A DNA stretch of 64,000 nt from Eledone cirrhosa (taxonomy: Eukaryota), in contig OZ024743.1 in NCBI GenBank assembly GCA_964016885.1, positions 252,712,001 through 252,776,000 on the forward strand, in the 5' to 3' direction. Each line of letters starts with the position of its first letter. Position 1 is the first letter of the stretch. Below the pieces are notes generated by a model, which was given only the letters and a program-made list of their open reading frames with translations, did not search any database and was not told where the DNA came from. Of this stretch, positions 13,301 to 28,036 are shown piece by piece. The position numbers were made by a program, and so were the translations under genes.

Positions 13301-15551
13301 TGTGATAGGAAATAAGCTAAATCATGGCTTCTTTATATAAAAGGGAGGAATGATATATAGATTAGTGAAAATTACTGCAATTTATATTGTTTATTGTAGA
13401 TTGTGTATGTAACAAGGAGATATGAGATACTCTGGTACATTGGTACATGTATGGTACATTGTAAATGCTGTATGTAAAATGGAGCTGTGACGTATCGACT
13501 GGACCTGCACAACCTCAACTCTCAATGTATGGTATGTTGTAAATGCATGTAAAATGGATGTGTAACTTATATTTATAGTGAAAAAAAAACATAATTCTTA
13601 GTGAAAGAAACATTTTGATAGATTTCTTCTAGTATCTACAAAATTAGTTACAGCCTTATATCTTGCATTATATGCTCCAAGTTGTTGTGTAATGTATGTT
13701 CTGAAATTCAAAACCTACTGTAACCTGCTTAGATCATATTCTTAATTTGTTGCCTAGTTTAAACACTACCACATGCCCTTGGGAAATTCTAGGGGAGTTT
13801 TCACAATGGCCTGCTTAGGTAATAAATTGATAATATTGCCTGGTTTAAACACTGCCACATTTGAGTGCATTCAGCAGGGTTCCCCTCAGTTACCTGGTTA
13901 AAAGCACCACCTCCTGGCATTTGGGTGGCTTTGGCAGAGATCCTTCTGTTGTATCAATTCAGACTAGGTATCCAGATTGAGTGAGATACCTTCCTTGTTC
14001 CTGCCCACATGTATGTCAGTATCTTGAGAGAGATCAGCAAATTGGCAGAGTTTTAGAATGTCAGGTAAAGCGTTTGTGGTATTTGATCTGTTTCACTTCT
14101 TGCTCAGAATTCAAATACCACCTAGGTCAATATTGTCATTCAGCCTTTCGGAGTTAATAGCAATGTAACAGTACAGTACGGGGCTTGATTCTGCCCCCAT
14201 ATCTCTTTTCCACTTCATCTCTTTCTCACTCCTTCTCTCTCTACTTTTCTGGAAGAAATCAGCTGTGTTCAGGCCAGAGGAGGAATGAACAGTTAAGATC
14301 AGATTGTAGTGCAAAAAATATCAAATATCTATAGTGTGTGTTTATATGATATAGAACCATGCATTACTGTTTTCCATACTATGGGCTCCAGCAAGTTTAA
14401 AATGCCCAAGAAATGCCATGTGTCACAATGGTGCAACTGCAATTCCTTCAGGAAATTATGGAGGGGCCTTACATAGATTTAGAAAAAGATGTAATACATG
14501 GTAAAACATTACAATAGAAGATGATGGATGATGTGTAAGAACAAACAAAACTAATATATATTGATATATTAGCTGGCATTCTGCTTGCAGCGTCCAGTAT
14601 TAGTTAGGAATCTGACAACCTCCCAATGCTTCTTAATTTTTATCACTTTCAAAATGGATAAAATATGTCAAACAAGTCTTGTCAAGTCACAAAATAAAAC
14701 TAAATTCAGAAAAATATGCAACGACAACATAGCAACTATCATTTGGATTGTTGTCATTTTTTTTAACACAGACACGACAAAAATTCATACATTACAATAC
14801 TAACTATTGTTTGATGCCATAAGTATGTTGTCTTTTTTTTATATGTGTGTGTGAATATGTGTGCACGGGATGTGTGGGAGGCTGTGTGAATGTGTGTGCA
14901 TGAATGAGTGAGGATATGAGTGGATGGGTGTGTATGTGAAACTGTATATGAGATTGTGTGTGTTTACATATACGCAGACATAGAGACACAATATGTAGAT
15001 TCATTTATGATTTGCGAGACACCTTATATATTATAACAACATATATAAATTATGTATTAGGGAAAATTGTGCCAGAGGATATGCATTTGAAAAACGAATA
15101 TTTTTCAGTGTAAATATATATGTATATATATATGTAAAGTTATATTTAAAATTGTTGGGTTACAACTAGTAAATATTTATAACTGATATAAAAGCACTCG
15201 ACAAATATTTGGAGTATATTTACAATATTAAATAAATGGAAAACTATATTTATAAAACCATATTTATTTCATTATATATATTTCGGGGATATCATATTAA
15301 CAATATGCTATGCCTTCATCAGACAAAATACAATATAAACAGTTTTATAGATAAATATATTCGACATACCGTAATAAACATCAACTTCATTTGAAGAGGT
15401 TTACGCTAGCAGTGAAAATACAGAGAGAAAGAAAGAGAGAAAGAAAAGAGGGAAAAACGAAAGAAAGAAAGACAAAACGAAGAAAAGGAAGAAAAAGAAG
15501 AAAAAGAAAAAGAAGAAATGCATGGAACAAAATAGAGAGATGGAAAAATAA

Positions 15552-15911
15552 TGTAATGTTAATACTGACTCTAATTCTTTTAACTACGTCGGTTCCACAT
15601 CGACGGAATTTAAACTTCGCTATAATAACCACAAGAATTCTTTCACAGATCCAAATAAAAAATCTTCAACGGCACTATCAGGGGTACTCTGGCAACTTAA
15701 GCTAGATAACGTTAGATATTCGACGGCTTGGAATATAGTCTCAAGAGGGATTCCTTTTAATTCATCCTCTGAGACATGTGACCTCTGCGCAGAGGAGATA
15801 TTCTTTATACTAAAATCTAAAAACTCCCTTAACCTACGGACAAATTTATTCAGTTGTTGCAAACATAGATTAAACTCAACGTTTAAATATAAATTTAAAT
15901 TTAAAATGTAG
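15552..15911 (+). pseudogene. C-terminal GIY-YIG endonuclease fragment (no start codon, absent from the ORF track)
   Basis: Manual translation gives CNVNTDSNSFNYVGSTSTEFKLRYNNHKNSF...STALSGVLW...WNIV...CDLCAEEIFFIL...SCCKHR, homologous to the 55161-55958 ORF. Confidence 0.88.
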
Positions 15912-17026
15912 TATATTTAGTTTGATTTATATTTATATGAGAACTAGCCGATAAATCTTTTGATTCCTAAATCTTTGATTCCCTCGTTTTACTCTTTTTA
16001 TTGTTTATTTTATTTTATTTATTTTTATTTTTATCTAAACATTCCTCATGAAAAATTAAGCTACCCTAAAAGCCGATGCTCCAAATTTTTTGAATTAACC
16101 TTACACTAGATAAACTTCTATATTAAACATAGGAACATATGTAGACATTATTGGACATCATGATCTTTTTACGATATTCTTTGCTAGATGTGATTTGATA
16201 GATAATTTTTGGCTTTGTCTTGTAGTGAACTTGGCAATATATTGTCAATTAACTTTGAAGGGTTGTTTTTTGTGGTTTATTTTTATTTTCATTTTTATTT
16301 TTATTTTTATTTTTATTTTTACTTTTATTCTTTTAGTATTGTAGTATTCTATAATATTTTTATTTTTATTTTATTTTTTAATATTTTTATATATTTTTTA
16401 TGTAAATTTTTATATGTAAATTTTTATATTTTTATTTTTATATGTAAATTTTTATATGTAAATCTTTAATACGTAATATTTTTTAATACGTAGTATTTTT
16501 AATATGCAATATTTTTATTATGTAATATTCTTTCGTAATATTTTTTTAGTTTTCTATTCTATATTTTTATATATTTTTACTTATTATTATTATTATTGTT
16601 ATCTTTGTTTATAATATAATATATATTTTCGATTAGTATATTGAAATCTGCTCTCTATTTCTGCTTGATAGATAATCTTGTAGAGTAATCGCAAGAATAA
16701 TAATACGCTCAAATTTTTATACCACATTGAGAATGTTTTCCGATAACTTAGAGTTTGCGGAGTGAATCAGTTGGATTCACATTGAGATTTGTAGCTGTCA
16801 CATAGACATATGAATTTTTAAAACTAAACATAAGATAATGAATTTTCACACATTGTGAATACTTGTTTCATTCAGGAATACTGATATTTACAGTGTAGTG
16901 TAAGTTTTATAAATACTAATACATTAAAACATAGGGTTTTATACGCCTCGAATATGTCTGGATATTTTTAAATTTTTTTCTCTCTCTATATCTCTCTATA
17001 TATCTCCCTTACATTAATACTTGAGC

Positions 17027-17061
<35 letters not shown>

Positions 17062-17421
17062 ATGTATCATTGATACACTTACTCAAAATGACCTCCCACT
17101 ACCTAATTTTCTATATATATATATGTATCTATCTCTATTTCCTCTCTCTCTCTCTATATATATATCTTTCTGTCTCTTTACATGAAGCTCTTCACTTTAT
17201 CTATTTTTCCATCTCTCTATTTTGTTCCATGCATTTCTTCTTTTTCTTTTTCTTCTTTTTCTTCCTTTTCTTCGTTTTGTCTTTCTTTCTTTCGTTTTTC
17301 CCTCTTTTCTTTCTCTCTTTCTTTCTCTCTGTATTTTCACTGCTAGCGTAAACCTCTTCAAATGAAGTTGATGTTTATTACGGTATGTCGAATATATTTA
17401 TCTATAAAACTGTTTATATTG

Positions 17422-17487
17422 TATTTTGTCTGATGAAGGCATAGCATATTGTTAATATGATATCCCCGAAATATATATAATGAAATA
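17422..17487 (+). ncRNA. Type I hammerhead motif (identical inverted copy at 15265-15330, minus)
   Basis: TATTTTGT CTGATGA [AGGCATAGCATATTGTTAATATGATATCCCC] GAAA TATATA TA ATGAAATA. Helix III is palindromic. Confidence 0.75.
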
Positions 17488-17821
17488 AATATGGTTTTAT
17501 AAATATAGTTTTCCATTTATTTAATATTGTATGTATATATATATATATACACATACATATAAAAAACACCTAGTCCTCATGGTAAAGTGGTTGCGTAGTT
17601 CTCATGATAGAAAGCATCCAGCCAGCCCATACTGTAAATGTTGTTGACATTAGGAAGGGCATCCAGACATAGAAAACAAGCCAGAAACAGTTCTGTATGA
17701 ATAAGATATTGTCAACTGACCTGACTTGTCTCAAATGGGACAAATCCTCTAACTTATTCTAGTATGGGTGTTAAACAATGACGATGATGATGATATATAC
17801 TTATATATATATATGCATTAT

Positions 17822-19618
17822 ACCAACTTTATTGTACGCACCACTCGCACACCCATCATCTACTTCGTCCCCAAAATACACAAGCAAAATAATCATGGCC
17901 GTTATCGTTTCTGCGTGCAACTGCCCCACCGAGATAATTTCTGAATATTTAGACACCATCCTTGCCCCGTTGGTAGGCAATCTCCCCTCCCACATCCATG
18001 ATACTAATCGTGCCCTTAGACTTTTCAACTCTTTCTCCTTCTCTGCTGGTCCCTCCCGCCTTCTCTTTACCCTGGACATCACATCTCTCTATACCGTCAT
18101 CCTCATGATGACGGCCTCCACGCTCTTCAGCATTTTCTAGATTTACGCCCTACCTCTTACCCTAGCATTACCACTCTTCTCCGTCCGGCTGAGCTTGTTC
18201 TCACCCTCAATGGCTTTTCTTTTTGGGGTGAATTTTACCAGCAGGTCTCTGGGGTAGCGATGGAAAACAGAATGGGTCCAAACTATGCTAACTTGTTTGT
18301 TGGCTACGTCGAAGCCCAGATCTTCTCCCAGTATGCTGGACTGACTCCTGAGATATACGGTCGTTATATCGACGACTGTATCAGCGCCACCTCTCTATCA
18401 CGAGAACAGCTCGACTGTTTTCTTTCTTTTGTCCAATCTTTCCATCCTGCTCTCAATTTCACCGCCTCTGGCTCCGATTCTTCTGTGGCTTTTGTAGATA
18501 TCTCTCTATCTATTAATCACTCTCACCACACCCTCTCTACTTCCATCTACATTAAACCAACAGACTCCCAATCTTATCTCGACTTCACCTCCTCCCATCC
18601 TACCCACACCAATCACTCCATACCCTATTCTCAATTTCTCCGTCTTTGTCGACTCTGTAGTCAGGACAACGATTTTGAAACCCATTCCCTTCGCATGGCT
18701 TCCTGCTTCATCCAGCGTGGATATCTCCCCACCTTGATCCAAGCTGCTCTCACCTGCGCCCGTAAAACAGACCGCACCACAGCACGCTCACCTCACCCCC
18801 GCTCTCCCAACACCCGTGTTCTTTTCCCTCTCACCAAACCACCCCATCACCCTACCACTCCGGTGACATATCCCCCGTTCCTTCCGTATCCTCTCTACTG
18901 ACCCCGTCACTTCTCATTTTTTTCAAACCCACCCATTACTGCTTTTAAGCGCGCTCGAAACCTCCGCGACTTCCTGGTTCGCAGCTCTTTTTCGGCCTCT
19001 CCCACGACTCCACCCGGCTCTCATCCTTGTTCCCATTCCCATTGCAACACTTGTCCCTTTATTTCCACCCTCACCACTCTTACAGGCCCTAACGGGTCTT
19101 TCCGTATCCGCCATTTCCTCACCTGCACATCCACCCACGTTGTCTATGCCCTCCGGTGGTGTTCCCTTTGTGGATCTTTATATATCGGACAAATGGGACG
19201 CCGTATGGCGGACCGTTTTGCCGAACATTTGAGGGACATACGACTTGGTTTAAGATACTCCTGTCGCCCGTCATTTCTGTTCTCCTAGTCATTCTTCCCT
19301 ACATGTTTCAGTCCTGGGCGTCCTTTTACATCATGGATCACAGGCTTCGCACACGAAGACTGAACAATGGCTGATTCACCGTCTTGGGTCCTATTCCCCT
19401 CTTGGACTCAACTCACCTCCCCAATTTCTCTAATACCCCGTCCATTATCACACCCCTAGATTCCTATCGCTTTCTCTAGATCATTAGCAGTTTCTCTTAC
19501 TACTAATGCATGCCTAAAATATTTTTGCTCATAGATTCATACTTGCATGCACACACACTCTTTTACTCACATATACACACACATTTCTTCTTAGCTTTGT
19601 ACGGAACTATAATAACAC

Positions 19619-19654
<36 letters not shown>

Positions 19655-20005
19655 ACACATAAATTCATGCTTACGCACGAGCTCAAGTATAGCTCTTTTT
19701 ACAAAACGTTTTTTTTTTCATTTCAGGTAGACGCCTGCCATCATCCACTAAAAAACAAATCATACACAAAACACCAGCACCAACAATTTTGCAAGAGATG
19801 TCAACATGAATGGACCTGTTATTTTTATCTAAAGACATCTTTTCCAATTCCATCCCGCCCGTCCCCTCAATCTATTTTATTTCTCATTCATTCTTCTGAT
19901 AAAGGACTAGCGTCCGAAATGTTAAGACCCTCTTCCTGCTATATCAAGCCTTAACCTTCCATATACTGTACCCATTGTGTTGTTATTTCTGTTTACCTTT
20001 TACAT
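17822..20005 (+). mobile_element. 5'-truncated, frameshifted PLE (Penelope/Poseidon-like) with RT and GIY-YIG
   Basis: PKIHK, LDITSLYT, MGPNYANLF, GRYIDD, YLDFTSSHP and SIPYSQFLRL motifs, then YIGQ.GR.MADRFAEH at ~19180-19230. (TA)n lies on both sides. Confidence 0.9.
19892..19927 (+). ncRNA. Minimal hammerhead motif in PLE 3' end (core mutated, CTGATAA)
   Basis: TCTT CTGATAA A GGAC TAGC GTCC GAAA TG TT AAGA. Confidence 0.65.
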
Positions 20006-20030
20006 ACATATATATATATATATATATATC

Positions 20031-23000
20031 TCATCATCATCATCACCGTTTTACGTCTGTTCTTCCACGCTAGCATTGGTTAGACGGGTTGTCCTGTTGT
20101 GGGCAGTAGCCGGTTGACTGACAATGTCTTGCTCATACGGGAACTGATTCTGGCTTGATTTCTACAGCTGGATGCCCTTCCTAACACCAACCTCATTTAG
20201 AGTGAGTGCTGGGTGCTTTTTTTCCGTGGCGCTTACATGTCCATTTACAGTGTGGGCTGGGTGCTGTTATACCGTGGCACCTCCACGACCACTTTGCAGT
20301 GGGAGGGGTGGGTGGGGTCATATTATCTATATGCTTCAGCTTCGGCTTGTACCCATGGGGGGTCGGGTATTCTGTATTAATGCGTGACGCCAGAGGTCAC
20401 TGTCGTGTGTCATCGCGTTTGAGAGGTGTAATTGGTTAAGGTCAGCTTTTATCAGCTCATCCCAGGTCTTCTTGGTTTTCTCCACTCAGCCGCTTCCATC
20501 GAGTTCTGGTGCTCTGCACCTTTTTATGCAGCTGTCTTCCTTCATATGCATCACATATCCATACCAACGTAACCTCCTCTCCTGCACACAGCATTTGATT
20601 CCACTTATGCTCAGTCTCTCTCTGAATTCATTTATGCTTTACCGTTCGCGTATATTACTATTACACATCCATTGGAGCATGCAGGCTTCGTTTCTTTCTA
20701 ATCTATGCAAGTCTTCTACAGACAGCGCCCAGGTGTCACTACATTGCTGTTCGTATACACGCATCATACAGTCTGCCCTTCATTTTGAGCTAAAAGCCTG
20801 TTGCAGCTAGCAGTGGCAGTAGCTCCCTGAACTTCTTCCATCCCGTTCTTACCCTAGTTATTGTACTTTCCGAACACCCACCTCAGCTACTAATTCGGTC
20901 ATCTAAATAGCAGAAGCTGTCTCCTTTTGCTACAGAGCCCTCCCAGAGTTTGGTGGTGCTTGTTTCCTGTGGCTGTTTGCTGCTTGCTCTCCCAGTGCAG
21001 CTGCTACATGTGAAGCCTACATTCTTAGTTAAGCTTCCTGAGATCCCACTACATCTCTTGTGTACCCATTGTTTGCATTTGGGGCAGAAATTGGAGTTCC
21101 TACCTACACCTTTCCTACATACTGAGCAAGGCCATTCCCCTGTGGGGATCTATTTCTGTTTTCTCGTCTACTTACAAGGATCTTAGTCTTTGTCAGGTAG
21201 ACTTTGTGACCCCTTCTTTCTAGTCCCTGCTTCCATGTTTGGAATTTCTTCTCTAGTTCTACCATAAATTCAGCTACAAGTGTGAGGGCATCTGCATACA
21301 GGAGTTCCCATGGGCATCCGGTCTTAAACTCCTCCCTTATTGCCTGCAAAACTATGATGAACAGGATAGGGCTAAGAACAAAGCCCTGGTGGACACCGAC
21401 CTGTATGCTAAATTCCTGCTATAGTCATTGCTAATCCTAACTTTGCGGACTGCTCCCCTATATATGGCTAGTTTTCTAAGAGCCTACCAGATTATAGCAC
21501 GGGGAACTCTGTCAAAGGCTTCCTCCAGATCGACGAATGCCAGGTAGAGCAGCTTACTTTTAGCTAGGTTCTTTTCCTGTAACTGCCTCACAAGGAAGAG
21601 GGCATCAGTGGTGCCTTTTCCTGGCACAAACCCAAATTGCATCTCATCTAATTTCACCCGGTCCCTAATCAACTGTGCTATAACTCTTTCTGTTACTTTC
21701 ATCACCTGGTCCATCAGCTTTATACCTCTATAGTTTCCTCTATCTAGTGCAGCAGCTTTACCCTTGTAGCAGTTGACAATGATGCTGCTGCACCAATCCT
21801 TTGGTATGAAACCTTCTAGTATTACCTGGTTAACAATATGTGTGGTTATAGTGTGACCTACCGACCCAGATCATATCTTTGATTGATTTACTTACTATGC
21901 TACTGCTGACTTGTACTGTTGGCCCCTCTATAGGGTTTACTTGGGGTAGGGTCTCTTCTTCCCATGCATCTGGTCCTCATGTTGGAAGACATGCTTGAAT
22001 TTTCTATCCTCCACTTCCCTTCTAGCTAAGTATACTTATCGCCTAGCTTCCCTGCTGGTCTCTATGTAACGTACCCTGCTTCCCCCGTTCTTCCATTCTT
22101 TCCATGCCTATCTCTTAGCCTTAACTTCCTCATCTACCTTATTGTTCCACCACCAAATAACTCTCCTCCTGCCTGTGGTCTATTATCTCCAGCCACAGAT
22201 CTCATCCGTCGCCTCTACTAAGTTATTTTTTAGGTACTCCCAGTGCTCTTCATTGAATGTCTCTATCTGTTCTTCTTTACTCTCATAGGCGTCGACTAAA
22301 ATATATTTAAATCTGTTACTGGCTGAGGGGTCTTTAATCTTCCAGATCTTTCTTCTCCAGGTTGCCTTCTGTTTCTAAGTTCGTCTAGTTTTAACAATGA
22401 GGTCGATGACAACTAAGTTATGTTGGGAGGTACATTCCTCACCCAGGAACGCTTTTGTGTTTGCGACTGTCCATCTGTCACGTCTTCTGAGGAGGATAAA
22501 ATCTATCTGACTAGAATGCTCCCCTGATCTATAACTGATCAGTTGTTTGTCGGGATTTTTGAAGTTTGTGTTACATATCAACATGTCATTGGCGTCACAG
22601 AAGTCTAGAAGCTTGAAGCCTTCTTCATTTCTTGTGCCAAACCCGTGGCCTCCATGGACTCTATAGCAGCCGTCATGGTGTTTACCTACATGTCCGTTAA
22701 CATTTCCTGCAATGATTAGGAAGTCATTGTCATTTGTTAGAGCAGTAATGTGCATTAGGGACTCGTAAAACGTATCCCTAAGTTCGTCTGGCAACCCCGA
22801 TTGGGGTGCGTAAGCTGATATTATTGTGGTAATTGTTTTATTCAGGACTAGTCTGAGTTTAATGATTCTTGCATTCACCCTGTTCACTGAGATTATCTTA
22901 TCTACACATTTGTCAGCTAGTAGGATACCTACACCACCCATCCCATCGTCATTTCCCACCCAGAAAAATTTGTAGCACTGACTTTTTCCTACAAGGACTC

Positions 23001-23110
23001 TAGCAGACTCTCCTCTCCATCTAGTCTCTTGCACACAGCATACATCAATTTCCTTTCGCTCTAGCATCTCTACGATTTCTCCTGATCTTCCATTCATTGT
23101 TCTTACATTG
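20031..23110 (-). mobile_element. RTE LINE, degenerate with internal deletions (APE endonuclease and RT)
   Basis: ORF 22375-23097 has DVCCVQETRW, ISAYAPQ and SQIDFIL. ORF 21484-21714 has QFGFVPGKGTTDA and AFVDLEEAFDRVP. LLYADAL is also present, with a (TGA)n tail at 20031-20045. Confidence 0.93.
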
Positions 23111-23148
23111 ATGGCCTTGTGCCAAAAGTAGAAAAAATCATTAAACTA

Positions 23149-23362
<214 letters not shown>

Positions 23363-24469
23363 AATACTATACCAACATCTATTAATACATATCCCTATCT
23401 AATATATAGGCATGTAAACATTCAAGAAAATACAAGTTTCCATGTAAAATATACATTTTAACAAATTTCAGGAAACCAGCCAGCCAACCACCTGATTTCA
23501 TATCAATCAAGCAAACACAAAAGCCAAATTAACTATTTACTTGTTAGACAACAAGACAAATGGACTGTAATAAATACTAATTCCTTCCCTGGGGAAGAAT
23601 GCATCACTAAGCAGAAGTTAGTTATTAGTGACATCAAAATAAGCACGAGACAGACCAAGGCATGCAGAAAAATATAGAGATGGCGTGTCAACATCATCAT
23701 CATTGTTTAACAGCTATTTTCCATGTTAGCATCGGTTAGATGATCTGGAAGCTAAAGGACCTCTCGATTAAATATAAGTTTAGAAAAGCCCTATGGGATG
23801 CATTTGATGAGAGAAGTGATTAAAAAAATATTACATCTGGTTAGGACAGATGAGAACTCTATAAACTGTAGTGAAGGAAACTGGTATAAGAGTATGTTGG
23901 CTGTGATTAAAAATGACTGCATAGGGCAAACATGGATGTCATAAGCCATATTAAAAGCAACCCATCTAGGAGAGCAGTGACACGGATTAAAAATGACTGC
24001 ACGGGTCAGATATAGACTCCATAAGCTGTAACAACAACACATCTAGGAAGGCAGTGACTCTGATTAAAAAGGGCTGCACAGAGCAGACGTGGACTCCATA
24101 ATCTATAGTGAAGCCAACCCATTTAGGATAAGAGACACTCCAAATAAAAACTAATATAGGGAAGAGAGGACTCTATATTCCACTAAGAAACCTCTCTAGC
24201 ATTGCTGGCATGAATAATGCAACCAGTCCTCACTGTAAAGTAGTTGGTGATAAGAAGGTTATTCATCAAGAAAAAACCTTGCCAAAATTATGGAAAGAAC
24301 AAAGCATAAGATTCACATTAATTACTTATACAGGGTTAACACTAGTCATGTTAGTGCTGAACACAGTAGTGTGTTGGGTTGAGTAACCATGTGCAAGAAC
24401 CCCTTGACCATCATCAAGCAATTGCACAGCCTTTTCCCCTTCCTGGTACAAAGAGCAGTTACTCAGCAT

Positions 24470-24680
24470 CGTCTCTAGTAAGTTATTTTTTAGGTACTCC
24501 CAGTGCTCTTCTACATTGAATGTCTCTTTCTGTTCTTCTTTACTCTCATATATTTAAATCTGTTACTGGCTGAGGGGTCTTTCAGCTTCCAGATCTTTCT
24601 TCTCCAGGTTGCCTTCTGTTTCCAAGTTCGTCTAGTTTTGACAATGAGGTCGCTGACAACTAAGTTATGTTGGGAGGTAC
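24470..24680 (-). mobile_element. Internal RTE fragment
   Basis: Near-duplicate of ~22205-22432 (SQHNLVVSDLIVKTRRTWKQ...). Confidence 0.85.
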
Positions 24681-24880
24681 CAACATAACTGATTGCCAGG
24701 TGGTATAATATGATAAAGGTAGTTAGTGTTAGTGACACTTAGAATAACTGTTTTACAAACGGCTAGCAAATTTAAAAATTAGGTAGTAACATGTGCTCGT
24801 ACTGTATTTGACTACAGAGAATTAGTCTGTTAGTTGGGATTTAAAAAAAACACTCTGAATGGAAAAAAAGGATGAGTATT

Positions 24881-24950
24881 GACGTACATGGGACACAAAC
24901 CCAAATCTTTGGTTTGCTGGACCAATGTGTTACCATTACACCAACACGTC
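24881..24950 (-). pseudogene. Degenerate tRNA-like sequence (SINE head or tRNA pseudogene)
   Basis: GACGTGT/GTACGTC acceptor-like stem, TGGTGTAATGGTAACAC D arm, TTGGT-CCAGCAA-ACCAA anticodon arm. The T loop is degenerate. Confidence 0.5.
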
Positions 24951-25011
24951 ACCCACAATACCTTTCATTCAATTAGAAGCTATATAACCATAGCAGGTAT
25001 ATATATATATA

Positions 25012-27431
25012 TCATCATCATCATCACCACCGTTTTACGCTAGCATGGGTTAGACGAGTTGTCCTGTTGTAGGTATTGTCAGTTGGTTGACCTTGTCTTG
25101 CTCATTAGCTACCGGAGTTGTTCCTGCCGACTGGAAAGTAGCTACAATTTGCCCTATCTTTAAAAAAGGTGACACAGAAGACCCGGGTAACTACATACCC
25201 GTGAGCTTCACCTCAAATGTCTGTAAGCCCTTGGAATCTCTAATCAAGCGGGCAATTATGGCTCATCTTGCGTCTTTCACTGCCATCTCTCCATCTCAAC
25301 ACGGTTTCATCCCGAAACGTTCCTGTCTCACAAACCTACTCGTGATGGAAGAATGGGTGACGAGGATAGTGGACGATGGAGATGCGGCCGATATTATCTT
25401 TCTCAACTTCGCAAAAGCCTTTGACTCTGTCAACCACCGCCTGCTCCTGTATAAGCTCAGCAACTACGGTCTCCATTATAAAGTGGATTGGATCATTTCT
25501 TGAGGGTCGTACTTGCAGAGTTCCGACCAATGGCAGTCTGTCATCGGGGGTGGGTGTAGGCAGTGGCGTTCCCCAGGGCTCTGTGTTGGGCCCAATTCTC
25601 TTCCTTCTATACATCAACGACATGCCAGACATGATTGGTGGAAACGTGCTCCTATTTGCTGATGATGTGAAAATGGTAGCCCGTAGGAGCGAGATCGACA
25701 ATCTCAAGTCCAGCCTCCAGCGCACCTGGAGTTGGTCCATTGACTGGGATTTATACCTCAATGTCGATAAGTGTTGCCATATGGCAGTGGGTACACCTTA
25801 TAACTCAGCTCTTACCTTCAACGGTGGCACTGCTCCTTTGAAGGAGGTTCAGGAGACTAAAGATCTTGGTCTGCTGGTCGACTCGTCCTTCAAACCATCA
25901 ACACATTGCATTCAAGCCACAAACAAGGCAAGGAGCTCTCTTTTTCTTATTCGACGCTCCTTTGCCAAACTCACTCAAGAAATGTTTAGGCCTCTCTATG
26001 TAGACCTGTGAGATCGCACCTAGAATATGGCATCCAAGCATCAAACCCATATCTCATCCGGGATATCCATCACTTGGAGAGAGTTCAACGACTAGCGACT
26101 TGAATGGTACAGGGTCTTCATGAGCTGCCCTACGAAAGCCGGCTGCAGAAGCTGAACCTCTTCTCCTTGGAGCGTCAACGGCTACGAGACGATCTCATTT
26201 TTGCTTACAATTTCTTCAATGGCCATTACGATCTCCCTCAAGATCTCCTATTCACTCCGGCACTTGAAAGGGGTCTACGTGGACATGACAAAAAGCTGTT
26301 ACACCGCCGCTTTCGCCTAAATAGACGGAAAGCTGCTTTCTCGATCCGCATCTCTGGACCCTGGAATCGGTTTCCAGAAGAAGTAGTCAACACGCCAACC
26401 ACGCAACAATTCAAGGCGAAATTGGATCGGTGTTGGACCACTGTGTTTCCGACTGTGTAAATGTTGCCCCGCTCCCCTCCTTACATGGCATCTGAAGCAT
26501 CTATGTTTTATTTTCTGCCAAATATATTGAATTGAATACAGGAACTGATACTGGCTTCATTTCTACAGCTGGATGCCCTTCCTAACACCAACCTCATTTA
26601 GAGTGAGTGCTGGGTGCTTTTTTTCCGTGGCGCCTACACATCCACTTTACAGTGTGGGCTGAGTGCTTTTTTTGCCGTGGCACCTCCATGACCACTTTGC
26701 AGTGAGGGGCGTGGGTGGCATATTGTTTATATGCTCCAGCTTCGGCTTGTTCCTGTGGGAAGTCGGGTGTTCTGTATTATTGCATGATGCCAGAGGTCAC
26801 AGTCGCCTTTGAGAGGTGCAATTGTGTAAGGTTAGCTTTTATCACCTCATCCCAAGTCTTCTTGGGTCTCCCCACTCCGCGGCTTCCATCGACTTCTAGT
26901 GCTCTGCACCTTTTTATGCAGCTCTCGTCCTTCACACAAATCACATGTCCATACCAACGTAACCTCCTTTCCTGCACACAGCATTTGATTCCTCTTATGC
27001 TCAGTCTCTCTCTCAATTTGTTTATGCTTTGCCATTTGCGTATATTACTAGTACACATCCATCGGAGCATGCAAGCTTCGTTTCTTTCTAATCTGTGCAA
27101 GTCTTCTACAGACAGTGCCCAGGTCTCAATACCATGTAACATTGCTGTTCGTATACACGCATCATACAGTCTGCCTTTCATTTTAAGAGAAAAGCCTTTT
27201 GCATCTAGCAGTGGCAGTAGCTCCCTGAACTTCTTCCATCCCATTCTTACCCTAGTTATTATACTTTCCAAACACCCACCTTCGCTGCTAATTTGGTCAC
27301 CTAGGTAGCAGTAGCTATCTACTATTTCTACAGAGCCCTCTCAGCGTAGTTGCTACATATGAAGCCTACATTCTTAGTTAAACTTCCTGAGATCATACTA
27401 CATCTCTTGTGTACCCATTGTTTGCATTTGG

Positions 27432-27435
<4 letters not shown>
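25012..27435 (-). mobile_element. 5'-truncated RTE LINE split by a CR1 insertion
   Basis: The 3' UTR is colinear with 20031-20460 and is interrupted at GCTCAT|ACAGG. ORF 26777-27271 has RLYDACIRTAMLHG.ETW, RLRWYGHV and GRPKKTW. Confidence 0.9.
25107..26537 (+). mobile_element. 5'-truncated CR1-clade LINE
   Basis: WKVATICPIFKKG, QHGFIPKRSCLTNL, NFAKAFDSVNH, GVPQGSVLGPILFLLYIND, LFADDVK and LRGHDKKL motifs, with an ATTGAATTGA tail. Confidence 0.93.
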
Positions 27436-27479
<44 letters not shown>

Positions 27480-27666
27480 CCAGAATCAGTTCCCGTCACA
27501 CCCTTGCAAGCAGGGAAAAAGCGGACGTAAAATGAAATCATGATGATGATGAACATATATTTATACATGTATACCTACATATATTATCATTGTTATATAT
27601 GCACGTGATAGGTTGGCATTTTTCTATTTGTGAAAGCTTATATTATTCAGTTGACATTTTATACTG

Positions 27667-27697
<31 letters not shown>

Positions 27698-28036
27698 TCA
27701 CACACACATGTATATATATATGTGGGGGAGAGGTGAATTTATTTTTTGTTTGCATACACATACTAGTGGAGTATCTTCCAGTTCAATCTGTACTTATCAA
27801 CTTTAGCATTTTTTTTATAAGAGATTACAGTTTAATTATGTTACCAGAGGGCTATCAAACAATCTGCAGCCAGCATAACATTCATTTTCCCAGCAGCCTA
27901 TCTTTGAATATATCAACTTATTTCTTCCACAACAAACAAATAAGCAAATGGAAAAAAATAAAAAAATATGAGTATTAGAATATACCTGCAAATGAGACAT
28001 AGTTTACGATACCATATATATATATATATATATATA

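Larger units (their letters stand above)
15133..17531 (+). mobile_element. 5'-truncated Naiad-like PLE with inverted pLTR at its 5' end
   Basis: 15221-15550 is the reverse complement of 17203-17531. It contains a GIY-YIG remnant and an HHR in both arms. TA-rich repeats lie at both ends. Confidence 0.85.

Noticed and set aside
15391-15705. Basic K/R-rich 104-aa ORF
   Set aside because: It is a purine-rich low-complexity arm read across the junction. The real coding remnant is in another frame.
15133-17531. TIR DNA transposon interpretation of the long inverted repeats (also 43575-45710)
   Set aside because: The arms are unequal, contain HHRs and enclose GIY-YIG remnants, which is PLE inversion architecture.
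24881-24950. Functional tRNA-Ala(AGC) gene
   Set aside because: The T loop lacks TTCRA and the stems have mismatches. It is kept only as a tRNA-like relic.
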